A program made the translations under genes and the position numbers. Source: Candidatus Latescibacterota bacterium (lineage in GTDB: Bacteria; Latescibacterota; UBA2968; UBA8231). From it: a stretch of DNA of 64,000 nt. The notes beneath the pieces are model-generated. The model was not told the DNA's origin, did not search any database, and saw only the letters and a program-made list of their open reading frames with translations. This document shows positions 8,160 through 18,272 of the stretch, piece after piece. How positions within the stretch are numbered: the stretch's first letter is position 1; the number at the start of each line of letters is the position of its first letter. The DNA lies in the NCBI GenBank assembly GCA_965215195.1, contig CBDCDC010000002.1, positions 1,920,001 through 1,984,000 of the forward strand. The letters run 5' to 3'.

Positions 8160-8959
8160 CAGTCCCTAGCCTGCGCTTTGCCGGTGGCGCGAAACCGACG
8201 CTGTTGCGCTTCTAGCTCGCGGTCTTTGAGTGCATCCATAAGCTGCTGAGCTTCCTCGGGACTAATGGACTGTTGCCCGGCGGGCTGCTCCTCCTGCTGT
8301 TGGTCCTGCCCACCTTGCTGCTGTTGATCCTGTTGGTCCTGCTGCTGTTGATCCTGTCCACCTTGCTGCTGTTGATCCTGCTCTGAATCCTGCTGCTGTT
8401 GATCCTGTTCCGAATCCTGCTCCTGTTGATCCTGCTCCTGTTGATCTTGCTCCGAATCCTGCTCTGAATCCTGCTCCTGTTGATCTTGCTCTGAATCGTC
8501 CTGCTGTTGATCCTGCTGCTGTTGATCCTGCTGCTCCTGCAATTTCTCCAGCGCCAGCTCCAAGTTCACCTTTGCATCCTCGTCGGCCGCGTCTAGCTCC
8601 AGCGCCTGCTTGTAGGCCGCGACGGCCTGTTCAAACGCCTGCTGCTGAAAGAAGCTATTGCCCATGTTGTAATGGGCCTGCGCCTGGATTTTTTTCTCCT
8701 CGGCGCTGAGCACCCGCTCGAATTCCCGCCGGGCTTGGTCGTATTCGCCGCGCTTAAAAAGCGCGTCCCCGACGTTGAAGTGCAGCTCGGGCGCGTCGGG
8801 CCGCTCGAGGAGGGCGTCGCGGTAGAGCTGCAGGGCCTGATCGTACTCGCCGCGCTGGTAGTGCTCCAAGGCCGCGGCGCTCTTGCTGGCCACGGGATCG
8901 CCCACGGTCGCCCCGCAGACAAACGGCCAGATCCCCAAGACAATCCACCGCGCACCCAT
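8156..8959 (-). CDS. batC: BatC-like TPR protein with Gln/Asp-rich linker
   Basis: TPRs (HFNVGDALFK, AHYNMGNSFF, AKVNLELAL), Q-rich linker and terminal RDW. ATG at 8959 overlaps the batB TAA. Confidence 0.85.
   Translation of the reverse strand: MGARWIVLGIWPFVCGATVGDPVASKSAAALEHYQRGEYDQALQLYRDALLERPDAPELHFNVGDALFKRGEYDQARREFERVLSAEEKKIQAQAHYNMGNSFFQQQAFEQAVAAYKQALELDAADEDAKVNLELALEKLQEQQDQQQQDQQQDDSEQDQQEQDSEQDSEQDQQEQDQQEQDSEQDQQQQDSEQDQQQQGGQDQQQQDQQDQQQQGGQDQQQEEQPAGQQSISPEEAQQLMDALKDRELEAQQRRFRATGKAQARDW
8285..8539 (-). repeat. Low-complexity CAG/CAA-rich tandem repeat (QDQQQ / DSEQ units)
   Basis: Repeated CAGGATCAACAG and GATTCAGAG/GATTCGGAG units inside batC. Confidence 0.9.
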
Positions 8960-9984
8960 TAGGCAAACCGCCCCTTCCACTCGCGAGCCTGCACCCGCGC
9001 ATCGCCCAAGAAAGCCTCGGCCAAGAAACAGCACAGGGCCAACAATAGGGGCCATTGGAAGCGCTCCTGATAGCGAGTGAGGCGAGTAGAGCCGATTTCG
9101 CGCTGATCCATCGCGGCGATTTGGTCGTATAAGGCGGCCAATTCCGCGCCGCCCAAGGTGCTGCGAAAGTAATCGCCCTCCGTCTCCAGTGCCATGTCCT
9201 GCAAGGTGCTCTCGTCGAGCCGGGTTTTGACGTAGTGGCCGCGCTGGTCTTTGTGAAAGCTCACGCCTCCACCCTCTTCCTCGGTGGGGATGAGTTCGCC
9301 GTCGGGCGTCCCCAGCCCCACGGCAAAAATGCGCACGCCCTGTTCGGCGGCCACCTGCGCGGCTGCCAGCGGCTGCCCCACGTGATCCTCGCCATCGGTC
9401 AAGAGCACGATGGCCTTGTGCTGGCCCTCGCCCTCTTCAAACGAGCGCACAGCCAGCCGCACGGCGTCGCCAATGGCCGTCCCTTGCACGGGTATGGCCC
9501 CGGCGTCCAGCACGTTGAGAAACATCTCCACTGCGCCGTAGTCGGTCGTCAGCGGGCATTGGACAAAGGCCCGGCCAGCAAAGACCACCAGCCCGACCCG
9601 GTCGCCCCGCAGCAAGTCCAACAGGCCGCGAATTTGGTACTTGGCCCGCGCCAAGCGGCTCGGCTTGACGTCTTCGGCCTGCATGCTGCGCGACACGTCG
9701 AGCACCAGCATCACATCCACGCCCTTGCGCTGGGCCATTTCGAGTTGGGTGCCGAATTGGGGGCCGGTCAGCGCGAGGATCGCAAACAAGGTCCCCAGCC
9801 CCAAGAGGACGCACTTGCCCTGCTGGCGGCCCCGGCTCAGGTTGCGGGTCAGCTTCTCGGCCAGCGGGCCGCGGGCAAAGCGCGCCAAGGCGCGGCCACG
9901 CGCCCAGAGGGCATAGGCAAAAAAGGCCGCCAAAAAGGGCAGCAGCAACAGCAACCAAAAGTTGTACAAGTTCGCAAAGCGCAT
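8959..9984 (-). CDS. batB: BatB vWA domain protein
   Basis: BatA-type N-terminal TM, MIDAS DVSRSM, PSRL, LTDGEDH, C-terminal TM. Confidence 0.88.
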   Translation of the reverse strand: MRFANLYNFWLLLLLPFLAAFFAYALWARGRALARFARGPLAEKLTRNLSRGRQQGKCVLLGLGTLFAILALTGPQFGTQLEMAQRKGVDVMLVLDVSRSMQAEDVKPSRLARAKYQIRGLLDLLRGDRVGLVVFAGRAFVQCPLTTDYGAVEMFLNVLDAGAIPVQGTAIGDAVRLAVRSFEEGEGQHKAIVLLTDGEDHVGQPLAAAQVAAEQGVRIFAVGLGTPDGELIPTEEEGGGVSFHKDQRGHYVKTRLDESTLQDMALETEGDYFRSTLGGAELAALYDQIAAMDQREIGSTRLTRYQERFQWPLLLALCCFLAEAFLGDARVQAREWKGRFA

Positions 9985-9990
9985 AGAAAC

Positions 9991-10995
9991 TCAGGGCAGC
10001 GAGCGGAAGCGGGTGTGGGCCAACAGCATCTCCACCAACAGCAGGCCCAAGCCCGCGTAGAGGAAATAGGCGAAGTGCTCCGAGTAGTTCAGGTGGATTG
10101 CGGATTTGATTTCGGTCGCCTCTAACTCGCCGATCTCGCGGTAGATGGCCTCTAGCTTTTCCTCGCTGGTCGCCCGATAGTACTGGCCGCCGGTGCGCGC
10201 GGCCACCTCCTGTAAGGTCTCCTCGTCGATTTCCACCTGTACGGTCTGATAGCGGGTGCCGAAAATCCCGCGCACCGGCCGGCGAATTTCCCCGTCGCTG
10301 CCCACGCCAATGGTATAGACCCGGATGCCCACGGCCGCGGCCACTTCAGCCGCGGTCAACGGCTCAACCTCGCCGGCGTTGTTCACGCCGTCGGTCAGCA
10401 GGATAATCACCTTGCTTGCGGCCTCCGAGTCGCGCAGGCGGTTGCAGGCGTTGATCAGGGCCATGCCAATGGCCGTGCCATCCCATTCCTCGCCGGCGAT
10501 TTCCACGCCCTCGAGGAATTCCAACAGCACTCGATAGTCGAGAGTCAGCGGGCACTGAGTGAAGCTCTCGCCGGCAAAGACGACCATGCCGATGCGATCG
10601 CTGTGGCGGCCGGCGATAAAGTCGGCCACCACTTCCTTGGCCACCTGTAAGCGGCTCTTCTGGCCCTCGTCTAGATCGTTCAGCTCCATGCTCGACGAGA
10701 TGTCTAAGGTCAGCATGATGTCGATGCCCTCAGACGATATTTCCCGCACCTCGCGCCCGGCTTGCGGGCGCGCCATGGCCGCGATGAGACAGCCCAACCC
10801 GAGCATCTTCAAGACGAGGAGGCCGTGCCGGAGCTTGGTCCACAGCGACGCGGTGGCGCGGCGCAACACCCCGAGGTCGGAAAACTGCACACTGCTCTGG
10901 CGTCCCCGGTGCGCACACACATAGCTGTAGAGCAAAACGGGCAACAGCAGCAGCAACAACAACCACTCGGGATTTTCAAACCGGATGTTCTGCAT
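9991..10995 (-). CDS. batA: BatA vWA domain protein
   Basis: RFENPEWL, ARPQ, MIDAS DISSSM, PLTLD, GTAIG, LLTDGVNNAG, EIDEETL. Start taken at MQNIRF (10995). Confidence 0.9.
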   Translation of the reverse strand: MQNIRFENPEWLLLLLLLPVLLYSYVCAHRGRQSSVQFSDLGVLRRATASLWTKLRHGLLVLKMLGLGCLIAAMARPQAGREVREISSEGIDIMLTLDISSSMELNDLDEGQKSRLQVAKEVVADFIAGRHSDRIGMVVFAGESFTQCPLTLDYRVLLEFLEGVEIAGEEWDGTAIGMALINACNRLRDSEAASKVIILLTDGVNNAGEVEPLTAAEVAAAVGIRVYTIGVGSDGEIRRPVRGIFGTRYQTVQVEIDEETLQEVAARTGGQYYRATSEEKLEAIYREIGELEATEIKSAIHLNYSEHFAYFLYAGLGLLLVEMLLAHTRFRSLP

Positions 10996-11893
10996 GGACC
11001 TCAGCAGCGCGCGTTGCAACCGCCTCCTCAATAGCGCGCAATAGGGCTAGGCCGACATCCGGCGCGCCCCGGGCCGCGTCCAGCGCCGGATAGAAGCGGG
11101 CGAACTTCACCAAGTCGGCCGCGCCCAAATAGTCGATGACCCGCTGCCTAAGCGCGGCATCGAGCTCGGCTGCACGCAGCGCGTCCGCCAGCTCAGCCGT
11201 GGTCTGCTCCATTGCCTCAATTGCCAAGCTCTGCTCCAAGAAGCGGCGCAGGTTTTCCGCCAGCAGCGAGTAGTACGTTTTGAGCTCGCCGCGCTCCAAC
11301 AGGCCACACGCGGCAATGCGCGCGAATTCAGCCGCGTAGTCCATTGGCTCGGGCGGAGGCGAAGGTTCCGGGGTGCGGGTGCGGCGACGCCAGAGCCAAA
11401 CGCCGCCGAGCGCGCCAAGCACCAACGCCAACAGGCCGATTGCTACGACCACCCACAACGGCACCCCCCCGCTGACGCGTACGGGCGGTTTGATGTCGCG
11501 CAGTTGGTCCTCCCCTTCGCCCCGGGCGCTGATGACTTCTATGGCTAAGGATTGAGTCGCGCGCAGGAGCGTGTCGCCCGCAGCGGTGACAAAGGGCACG
11601 GCCACGGCTGGCACCTCGTGTAGCCCCAGCTCGTAGAGACGCAGCTCGCATTCTTGCGCCGTCGCGCCCTCGCGTTGGTGCCAGCCGGCGCAGCGGGGGG
11701 CAAAATCCCGCAGGAGCTGGGGCAGGTCCGGGGCCTCGGGGCGCGCGGTGGCGTCGTGGTGGAGCGTCAGGGTCAGGCGGATGGGATCGCCGACCCGCGC
11801 AGCCGCCGTGTCCAAGGCCGCCTCGGCCCGAGGGGCTTGGGCTTGCAGTCCCTCGGCGAGGACGACCAGCGCGGCGAGCAGACCGCCGAGCAT
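10976..11893 (-). CDS. BatD-like/DUF4381-type membrane protein that precedes batA
   Basis: Signal peptide, VGDPI, LRDIKPP, one TM, AMEQTTAEL, ADLVKFA. Confidence 0.75.
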   Translation of the reverse strand: MLGGLLAALVVLAEGLQAQAPRAEAALDTAAARVGDPIRLTLTLHHDATARPEAPDLPQLLRDFAPRCAGWHQREGATAQECELRLYELGLHEVPAVAVPFVTAAGDTLLRATQSLAIEVISARGEGEDQLRDIKPPVRVSGGVPLWVVVAIGLLALVLGALGGVWLWRRRTRTPEPSPPPEPMDYAAEFARIAACGLLERGELKTYYSLLAENLRRFLEQSLAIEAMEQTTAELADALRAAELDAALRQRVIDYLGAADLVKFARFYPALDAARGAPDVGLALLRAIEEAVATRAAEVHAEHPV

Positions 11894-13293
11894 TACGGAC
11901 TGTCAGCGCCGCCGTCGTTGGGGTCTTCGCTGCTGGCGGCGGGTGCAGCTTGCGCCACGTCGTCTATATCCAAGTCCAACTCGGCAAAGTCGTCGGCACT
12001 CACGACGTACACGGCAGCGTCGCCCTCCTGTTGCAGGTACGAGGTTCCGGCACCTGCGCTGAAGCGCGCGGTCAGCAAGGCTTGTCCTTTGCCGAGCAGC
12101 TCAATGCTGAAGGCCGGCGCGGCCTCGGCGGGCAGCTCGTCGGCAAAACCCTCGACTGCGAGCTGCTCCAAATCGCTCAAGAGGCTGTTGAGCTTCCACG
12201 ATTTGGCGTCGCGCCCCACCGGCTCGGACAGGTGCCACACACCGCTGGTGTCCTTGTCGGCTGCAAACGCGGGCGCAGCCCCTCGGGTCAGGACAATGCG
12301 CTCAACCTGCTCGCGCTCAAAGCGCAGCGGCTCTTTGTCGCGCAGGTCGGAGATGCCCTTGGCGAGCTCTTGCACGAGCGTCGAATCGACCAAAAATACT
12401 TGTGGCCGGCTGGCGTCGCGCGCGTACCAACGGCCCTGATCGTCCTCCCCGCCAATGGCCAAGCGCTTCTCGGCCCGATCTTCGCCCACGAGCAGGGCGA
12501 TCTCCACCTCGGGCGTACGCGCTCCCAAGCCATAGGTGGCCAAGGCGTCGGCATCTGGATCTTCGGACACAAAAGCCTCGATCTCGGCTTGGTCGATTTT
12601 GTCGAGCAGGCCATCTACTGCGTCGGCGTCGGCCCGGGCGACCACTGGCTCGCGCATTTGCCAGCCTTCGTCGGCCCGCGCCAGCACGGCCGCACCGCCC
12701 GCGCCCCACCGCTGCACCTGCACCACCTCGTCTTTGGCAAAGGCCAGCACCCGGCGGTCGCGCAAATCAAAAGCGCGCTTGTCGAGGTTGTCGAAGCGCC
12801 AAGCGCGCACCACAAAGATCTCGGGATTGTCGCCTTGTAGTTGGGCGTAGGTGAAGCGGTCGGTGGGGCTGTCCGACCCAAAGGCCACCACCTGCTCGGC
12901 GCCGTCCTCGGTTTGCAGCCGCACTTTGAGTCGCGGCGCGTCGAGCCCGTATTGGGCGGCTTCCTCGGCGGTCGCAGCCGCGCTATCGACGATCGCCTTT
13001 TCTCGCTCGCACTCGCGCAAATTGCGCAAGTAGCGCTCTACGGCCTCTTGGTCCGCACCATCGGCCATGGGCGCGCTCAGGTTCCAGCCGCCCGCCCCCT
13101 TGTCCAACACCAAGGCATCGCTGCCGCGCAACAGCTCGAGCCGCTGGGCGTCGCCGTCTTGGAAGGCGAATAGCTGCTTGGATTTTTCGGCTTCTTGGCG
13201 GCGCTCCTCGCCGCCCTTGATCTCGTAAAAATAGACAAAGGCCAACAGCGCCAAGAAGACTGCGCCGATCACTGCATTGGTCTTGAATTTCAT
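11893..13293 (-). CDS. DUF4340 domain protein (repeated domains)
   Basis: N-terminal TM, repeated W...P...AD...YGL units, DLRDRRVL / DLRDKEPL; typical neighbour of Gld-type ABC genes. Confidence 0.8.
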   Translation of the reverse strand: MKFKTNAVIGAVFLALLAFVYFYEIKGGEERRQEAEKSKQLFAFQDGDAQRLELLRGSDALVLDKGAGGWNLSAPMADGADQEAVERYLRNLRECEREKAIVDSAAATAEEAAQYGLDAPRLKVRLQTEDGAEQVVAFGSDSPTDRFTYAQLQGDNPEIFVVRAWRFDNLDKRAFDLRDRRVLAFAKDEVVQVQRWGAGGAAVLARADEGWQMREPVVARADADAVDGLLDKIDQAEIEAFVSEDPDADALATYGLGARTPEVEIALLVGEDRAEKRLAIGGEDDQGRWYARDASRPQVFLVDSTLVQELAKGISDLRDKEPLRFEREQVERIVLTRGAAPAFAADKDTSGVWHLSEPVGRDAKSWKLNSLLSDLEQLAVEGFADELPAEAAPAFSIELLGKGQALLTARFSAGAGTSYLQQEGDAAVYVVSADDFAELDLDIDDVAQAAPAASSEDPNDGGADSP

Positions 13294-16200
13294 GCTAGCT
13301 CCCCTTGTACAAAGACCTTTTTAATCCACACGAGAATTGCCGCGTTGACCACGAAAACCGCGGCGTAGAGCAACTGCACCGTCTCGTTGGGAATCAGCGA
13401 GAAGCCAAGGCCGGCACCGGTGAAAATCGTCAGTGCGACCACGCCAGCGCACAACAGCGAGAATATCAAGCCGGACTGCCAAGCCCAGGCTGCGTGCCGA
13501 TAGAGGCCGTAGCCAATGGCCGCTGAGGCCAAGGCCGCGATCAATTTGACCTCGCCCTCAAAGGTCGCCCCCTCGCTGGTGGCAATGATGCCGCTGATGA
13601 AGAAGAACATTGCATTGCCCCAAAAGGTGTACACCAGCCACGAGACAAAGCCGTCGGCGTACGTGTGATAGCCGCGCCGGAGCACCATGACCATGCCCGA
13701 CAAAGCGACCGCAAAGGGCACGATGAACACCGAGAGCCACAGAATGACCGCGCCCTGATTGCCGATCAAGTTGATGGGGTTAAAGGCGGGTTGCTTGTCG
13801 GCGATTTCGAGGCGGTCTTCGTCTTCGGTTAGCCAGCCGACGCTGCCGATGAATAGCTCGCCATTGGCCTGCTGGGCAAAGTACTGGTTGGAGGCAAAGT
13901 CCGCGTCGCCGATGACCACCAGTCGCGTCCGGCCCTCGGGTGCTAAGCTGGTATCCACGGCCGCGGACACGGCCACGCCCAGCGACACCGGGCCGCGCAC
14001 ATCCATTTCCGGGTCGAACTCCACCTCGCCGCCCTCGCCCACTATGGGCGCGAGGTCGGTTTCGCCCCAACTGCTTTTGTGGGTGTACGCCAACTCGGCA
14101 AGGTCCGGCTCCTTGAGCCGGTGTTCGGCAAGCTGCACCGAGCGGGCCAGCGGAAAGAAACTCATGGTGCCGGCCGATAGCTTTTGGGTGATCGGGTGAT
14201 CGCCGTAGTTGATGACCACCGGCACCGAGACATCCGCGCCAAAGAGCTGGCCCAAGCCGCTCAGATCGACGACAAAGTCCTGCCCCAGCTCAACCGAGTA
14301 CTCGTTCAACAGCGCTTCGAGCCCGGTCGGCTGGCCCGGATCGAGCAAAAACAGCGCACTGCCCCCGCGAGCCAAGTACTGCCGCAGCACTTCGGCTTCA
14401 GCCGCGGCAAAGCGCTCCTGTGGTGCCAAGACCACCACTAACGTGGCGTCGTCGGGCACTGGCTCGGCGAGCGTCAGCCCTCCCTCGACCGCGAAATTTA
14501 GCTCCTTGAGGCGGCCTTTGAGGGTGGAATAGCCCTGCTCATCGACTTGGTCCAGCTCGGCCTCGCCGTGGCCGCTGGTGAAGTAGGCCCTTAGCTCGCG
14601 GCCTTTGAGCGCCTTGAGAATGGCATTGCTCAAGGCCTCTTCGCTCTGGGCGGTGATGCGCTCGGTGCGCACCTGCCCTTCGTCGATCACTTCAACAATC
14701 GACGTCCCGCGCTCGCGGATGTTGTTCTGCTCGACGCGCAGCCGGTTTTTCTGCGGGTCAAGTAGCTCGTAGTCGAAGTGGGGCGACAGATAGCTGTATT
14801 CCCTTAAGAGGTCCTCAAAGCGCACGTTCTCCATCTCGCCCATGAAGGTCTTGACGCTGACGTACTGGCCGCTGTCTTCGAGGGGTGCGAGGAGCCGGTG
14901 GGTGTTGTCCGAGAGGGTAAAGAGCGCGTCGGCCGTCATGTCCTTGCGGAGGTGGTAGCGGTCGCCGAGGAAGTTGACCAGCGCGGCAATGCCGAGCGAA
15001 ATCGCAATGCCCAATCCGGCCGCGCTCAAGTCGGCCAAGCTCCAGCGCCCCTTGCGCGAGACGACCACAAGGCCGACCAAGGCGATCAGCCCCGGATAGA
15101 GCACCACGCTGAGCCAGAAGATCCACTCGCTGTCGCTCTCGGTCAGGGCGATGGGGTTGTGGCCCGGCTCGCGGGGGCGAATCGAGATCAGGGCCTCGTC
15201 TTCGGCCAGCCAGCTCAGGGCGTTGAGGGCTAAGTCGCCGTTGCCCTGGACGCCGAAGTACTGGTTGGTGGCAAAGTCCGAATCCCCAAAGACCACCAAG
15301 CGGCCCCCGGCTTCGGGGTCTCGGGCGGCTACGGCCAAGGACACCGGCCCAGGCCGATCGACGCCCTCGTCGAGCTTGACCGTTTGATTGCCCTCGCTGG
15401 TGAGCACGCTCAAGTCGGTCTCGGCCCAACCGGCCTCCGAAGTCATAACCAAGGGCCCCCCCTCGCGGCCACTGCCCTCGTCAAAGCGCACCGAGCGCCC
15501 GAGTTGGAAGAAGGTCATCAGGCCCTCGTGCTTGCGCGTAACTGGGTGGTCGCCGTAGGAGAGGGCGACCGGCGTGGTAAAATCGAGGCCAAAGAGCGAG
15601 CCAATGCCGCTGGTGTCGATGACGAAGTCGTCGCCGACCGCCACGCCCCACTCGCCCAACAGCTCTTCTAAGCCGCTGTCGGCGAGCGGGTCCAAGAGCA
15701 ACAGCAGGGCCCCGCCTGCCGCCAGATAGGAGCGTATGGCCTCGACCTCCACTGGGAAGAAGGGCGTCCGCGGACCGGCTATGACCAGCACGGCGCAATT
15801 TTCGGGCACCGCCCCCTCGCGGGCGAGGAAGAGCGAATCCTCGACCGCGTAGTCGATCTCTGCCAACTGGGCCTGCAGCTGGTCCAGCCCATCGGGTTGG
15901 TTTGCCAGCCGGCGCTCGCCGTGCCCCACCGTCAAGTAGATCCGGTCTTGGCGCTCTCGCGTCAGCTTGAGCAGGGCGTTGACGATCTCGCGCTCTTCGA
16001 GTTCGGTAATCTGCTGTTGTTTGTCGCCGCTTTCCAACACCAGCGTGTTGTAGAGGCGGATGCCGTAGTCCTCAGTGCGGCGCGGATCGCGGTCTGGGTC
16101 GATAAACTCGTAGCTGAAGCGGGTGTTGTACGTCTCCAACTCGGCCAGCAGCAGCTCGAGTTCGGCGTTTTCTCCCCCCTCCATAAAGGCGAGGACGTGG

Positions 16201-16541
16201 ACATCCCGCTCCAGTGCCTTGAGCGTCTGCACCGTCAGGTCGGCGAGGCTGTGCAGCCGGCCCTCGGTCAGGTCGAAGCGCTCGGGATAGCGGTTGCCCA
16301 AAAAATTGACCATGACCACAATGCCGAAGACCATGATGCCGCCCCAAAAGGCGTTGAGCCAGCGGCCGTACTGGCGGAAGAGCGCCGGGTTGAGCAACCC
16401 GGCCGCGGCCACCATCAATGCACCAAGGGCCAAGTTGAAAAGCCCGGCCGAGCCGCTCTCGGCATTGAGCAGATAGGCCAAGCCACCGGCGACCATCAGG
16501 GCCGCGCCGGCCAATCCCAAGGGCGTGGTATATGCCTTCAT
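13290..16541 (-). CDS. GldG-like ABC transporter auxiliary component with two tandem GldG modules
   Basis: Two copies each of VNFLG.RY...D[LM]T, GHGE and GD.DFA.NQYF...NG.L. ATG at 16541 with GGAGG RBS. Confidence 0.82.
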   Translation of the reverse strand: MKAYTTPLGLAGAALMVAGGLAYLLNAESGSAGLFNLALGALMVAAAGLLNPALFRQYGRWLNAFWGGIMVFGIVVMVNFLGNRYPERFDLTEGRLHSLADLTVQTLKALERDVHVLAFMEGGENAELELLLAELETYNTRFSYEFIDPDRDPRRTEDYGIRLYNTLVLESGDKQQQITELEEREIVNALLKLTRERQDRIYLTVGHGERRLANQPDGLDQLQAQLAEIDYAVEDSLFLAREGAVPENCAVLVIAGPRTPFFPVEVEAIRSYLAAGGALLLLLDPLADSGLEELLGEWGVAVGDDFVIDTSGIGSLFGLDFTTPVALSYGDHPVTRKHEGLMTFFQLGRSVRFDEGSGREGGPLVMTSEAGWAETDLSVLTSEGNQTVKLDEGVDRPGPVSLAVAARDPEAGGRLVVFGDSDFATNQYFGVQGNGDLALNALSWLAEDEALISIRPREPGHNPIALTESDSEWIFWLSVVLYPGLIALVGLVVVSRKGRWSLADLSAAGLGIAISLGIAALVNFLGDRYHLRKDMTADALFTLSDNTHRLLAPLEDSGQYVSVKTFMGEMENVRFEDLLREYSYLSPHFDYELLDPQKNRLRVEQNNIRERGTSIVEVIDEGQVRTERITAQSEEALSNAILKALKGRELRAYFTSGHGEAELDQVDEQGYSTLKGRLKELNFAVEGGLTLAEPVPDDATLVVVLAPQERFAAAEAEVLRQYLARGGSALFLLDPGQPTGLEALLNEYSVELGQDFVVDLSGLGQLFGADVSVPVVINYGDHPITQKLSAGTMSFFPLARSVQLAEHRLKEPDLAELAYTHKSSWGETDLAPIVGEGGEVEFDPEMDVRGPVSLGVAVSAAVDTSLAPEGRTRLVVIGDADFASNQYFAQQANGELFIGSVGWLTEDEDRLEIADKQPAFNPINLIGNQGAVILWLSVFIVPFAVALSGMVMVLRRGYHTYADGFVSWLVYTFWGNAMFFFISGIIATSEGATFEGEVKLIAALASAAIGYGLYRHAAWAWQSGLIFSLLCAGVVALTIFTGAGLGFSLIPNETVQLLYAAVFVVNAAILVWIKKVFVQGELA

Positions 16542-16543
16542 AC

Positions 16544-17326
16544 TCAGCGCCTCCATCTCCGCGACTCAATGACGCGCGTGGTTAAAAACAAGCAGAAAAA
16601 GGTAAAGCTCAGGTAGAACACCACGTCCTTGGTGTCGATGACTCCGCGCTGGAAATCTTCGAGGTGATCTATAAAGGAGAGGTACTGCAGGATTTTGGCG
16701 GCCGTTGGGCCGGCAAAGCTAGCCGACCAGTCGATGAGCCAAAAAAGGAGCAACATGCCAAAGGTCAACAGCACGGCGACGATCTGATTTTCGGTCAGGG
16801 CCGAGGCTAGGATGCCCACCGAGATAAAGGTCGCGCCGAGGAACAAGTAGCCTAAATAGCCGGAAAAAATCGGCCCCCAGTCGGGCGAACCGTACACTTC
16901 GAGGATGGCAAAGTAGATCAAGGTCAGGCTGACGATGATGCCGTAAAGCGAAAAGCAAGCCAAGAACTTGCCCAACATCACTTCGATGGTGCGCAGCGGC
17001 GAGGTCATCAGCAATTCGATGGTGCCGGATTTCTTCTCCTCGGCAAAGAGCCGCATGGTCAGCATGGGGATGACCAAGAGCCAGATGAAGTCCATCACCG
17101 CAAAGAATTGGGTGATGACCATCTCGTTGAGATTGAGCGCCGGCATCCCCCCCATGCCCATCTGCGCCCGCTGGCCAAACTGCAAGCACCAGAGGTTGAA
17201 CTGCATCAGGATGTTGCGGAACAGATAGCCCGAGAGAAACAGGAAGACGCCGGCGATCACATAGGCGACCGGCGAAACAAAATAGGAGCGCATCTCCTTG
17301 GTGTACACGGCGGCAAAATTACGCAT
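16544..17326 (-). CDS. GldF-like ABC-2 permease
   Basis: KEMRSYFVSPVAY, TMRLFAEEKKSGTIELLMTSP, SALTENQIVA, FQRGVID. Confidence 0.88.
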   Translation of the reverse strand: MRNFAAVYTKEMRSYFVSPVAYVIAGVFLFLSGYLFRNILMQFNLWCLQFGQRAQMGMGGMPALNLNEMVITQFFAVMDFIWLLVIPMLTMRLFAEEKKSGTIELLMTSPLRTIEVMLGKFLACFSLYGIIVSLTLIYFAILEVYGSPDWGPIFSGYLGYLFLGATFISVGILASALTENQIVAVLLTFGMLLLFWLIDWSASFAGPTAAKILQYLSFIDHLEDFQRGVIDTKDVVFYLSFTFFCLFLTTRVIESRRWRR

Positions 17327-17327
17327 C

Positions 17328-18260
17328 TTAGGCTGCTACCTCCTCGCTAGTCAGGCTCAGGAAAATGTCTTCGAGGGTCATGTCGAGCGGCCGCAATTCG
17401 CGCAGGCTGAAGCCGCTTTCCACGACCTTGCGGGTCAGGTCGTCGCGCACGTCGGCGCCGGGCGCGCTCGTCACCACGTACGCGCCCTCCTCGCCGCTAA
17501 TTTCCACCTCCAGTACGCCCTCTAGCTGGCCGATCATGCCCAGCACCTGCTCGCTGGGGCCATCTATGTGGGCGCGCAGCACCTCGCCCTCCTTGAGCTG
17601 GGCCATGAGGCTTTCGGGCGTACCCTCGCCGGCGATGCGGCCGTTGTTGATGATCGCCAGTTGCCCGCAAGTCATGCTCACCTCCGGCAGGATGTGGGTG
17701 CTGAGAATGACCGTGTGGTCGCCCCCCAGCCCCTTGATGACCTCGCGGATTTCGATGATCTGCTTGGGATCGAGGCCGACAGTCGGCTCGTCGAGGATGA
17801 GTACCTCTGGCTCGTGGACGAGGGCCTGGGCCAAACCGACGCGCTGCCGGTAGCCCTTGGACAGGTGGCCGATCACTGTGTGGCGCTGGTGGGCGATGCC
17901 GGTTTTTTCCATGGTGTCGTCGATCCGGCTGTTGAGAGCCGCGCTGGGCACGCCCTTGATTTTGGCCACGAAGCGCAGGTAGGCGTTTACCGTCATATCG
18001 TGGTACAGCGGTGGCTGCTCGGGCAGGTAGCCGATGCGCTTGCGCACCTCCATGGACTCCTCGATAATGTCAAAACCAGCGACTTTGGCTTCGCCCTGCG
18101 AAGGCGGCAAATAACAGGTAAGCATGCGCATCGTCGTGGTCTTGCCCGCGCCATTCGGGCCGAGGAAACCGAGGATGTCGCCCTTGTCAACGCTGAAGGA
18201 CACATTCTCCACGGCCACGACATCTCCGTAGTGTTTGGACAGTTCGCGTACTTCAATCAC
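17328..18260 (-). CDS. GldA-like ABC ATP-binding protein
   Basis: GPNGAGKTT, LSKGYRQRVG, ILDEPT, STHIL. Confidence 0.93.
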   Translation of the reverse strand: MIEVRELSKHYGDVVAVENVSFSVDKGDILGFLGPNGAGKTTTMRMLTCYLPPSQGEAKVAGFDIIEESMEVRKRIGYLPEQPPLYHDMTVNAYLRFVAKIKGVPSAALNSRIDDTMEKTGIAHQRHTVIGHLSKGYRQRVGLAQALVHEPEVLILDEPTVGLDPKQIIEIREVIKGLGGDHTVILSTHILPEVSMTCGQLAIINNGRIAGEGTPESLMAQLKEGEVLRAHIDGPSEQVLGMIGQLEGVLEVEISGEEGAYVVTSAPGADVRDDLTRKVVESGFSLRELRPLDMTLEDIFLSLTSEEVAA

Positions 18261-18272
18261 GGTACTTCCTCC

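Noticed and set aside
8285-8539. Possible CRISPR-like array
   Set aside because: In-frame low-complexity coding repeat with no unique spacers and no cas genes.
9235-10125. Long antisense or alternate-frame ORFs (also 11950-12840, 21931-22842, 29505-30377 and many others)
   Set aside because: Shadow ORFs opposite well-supported genes in GC-rich DNA, with no recognisable motifs.
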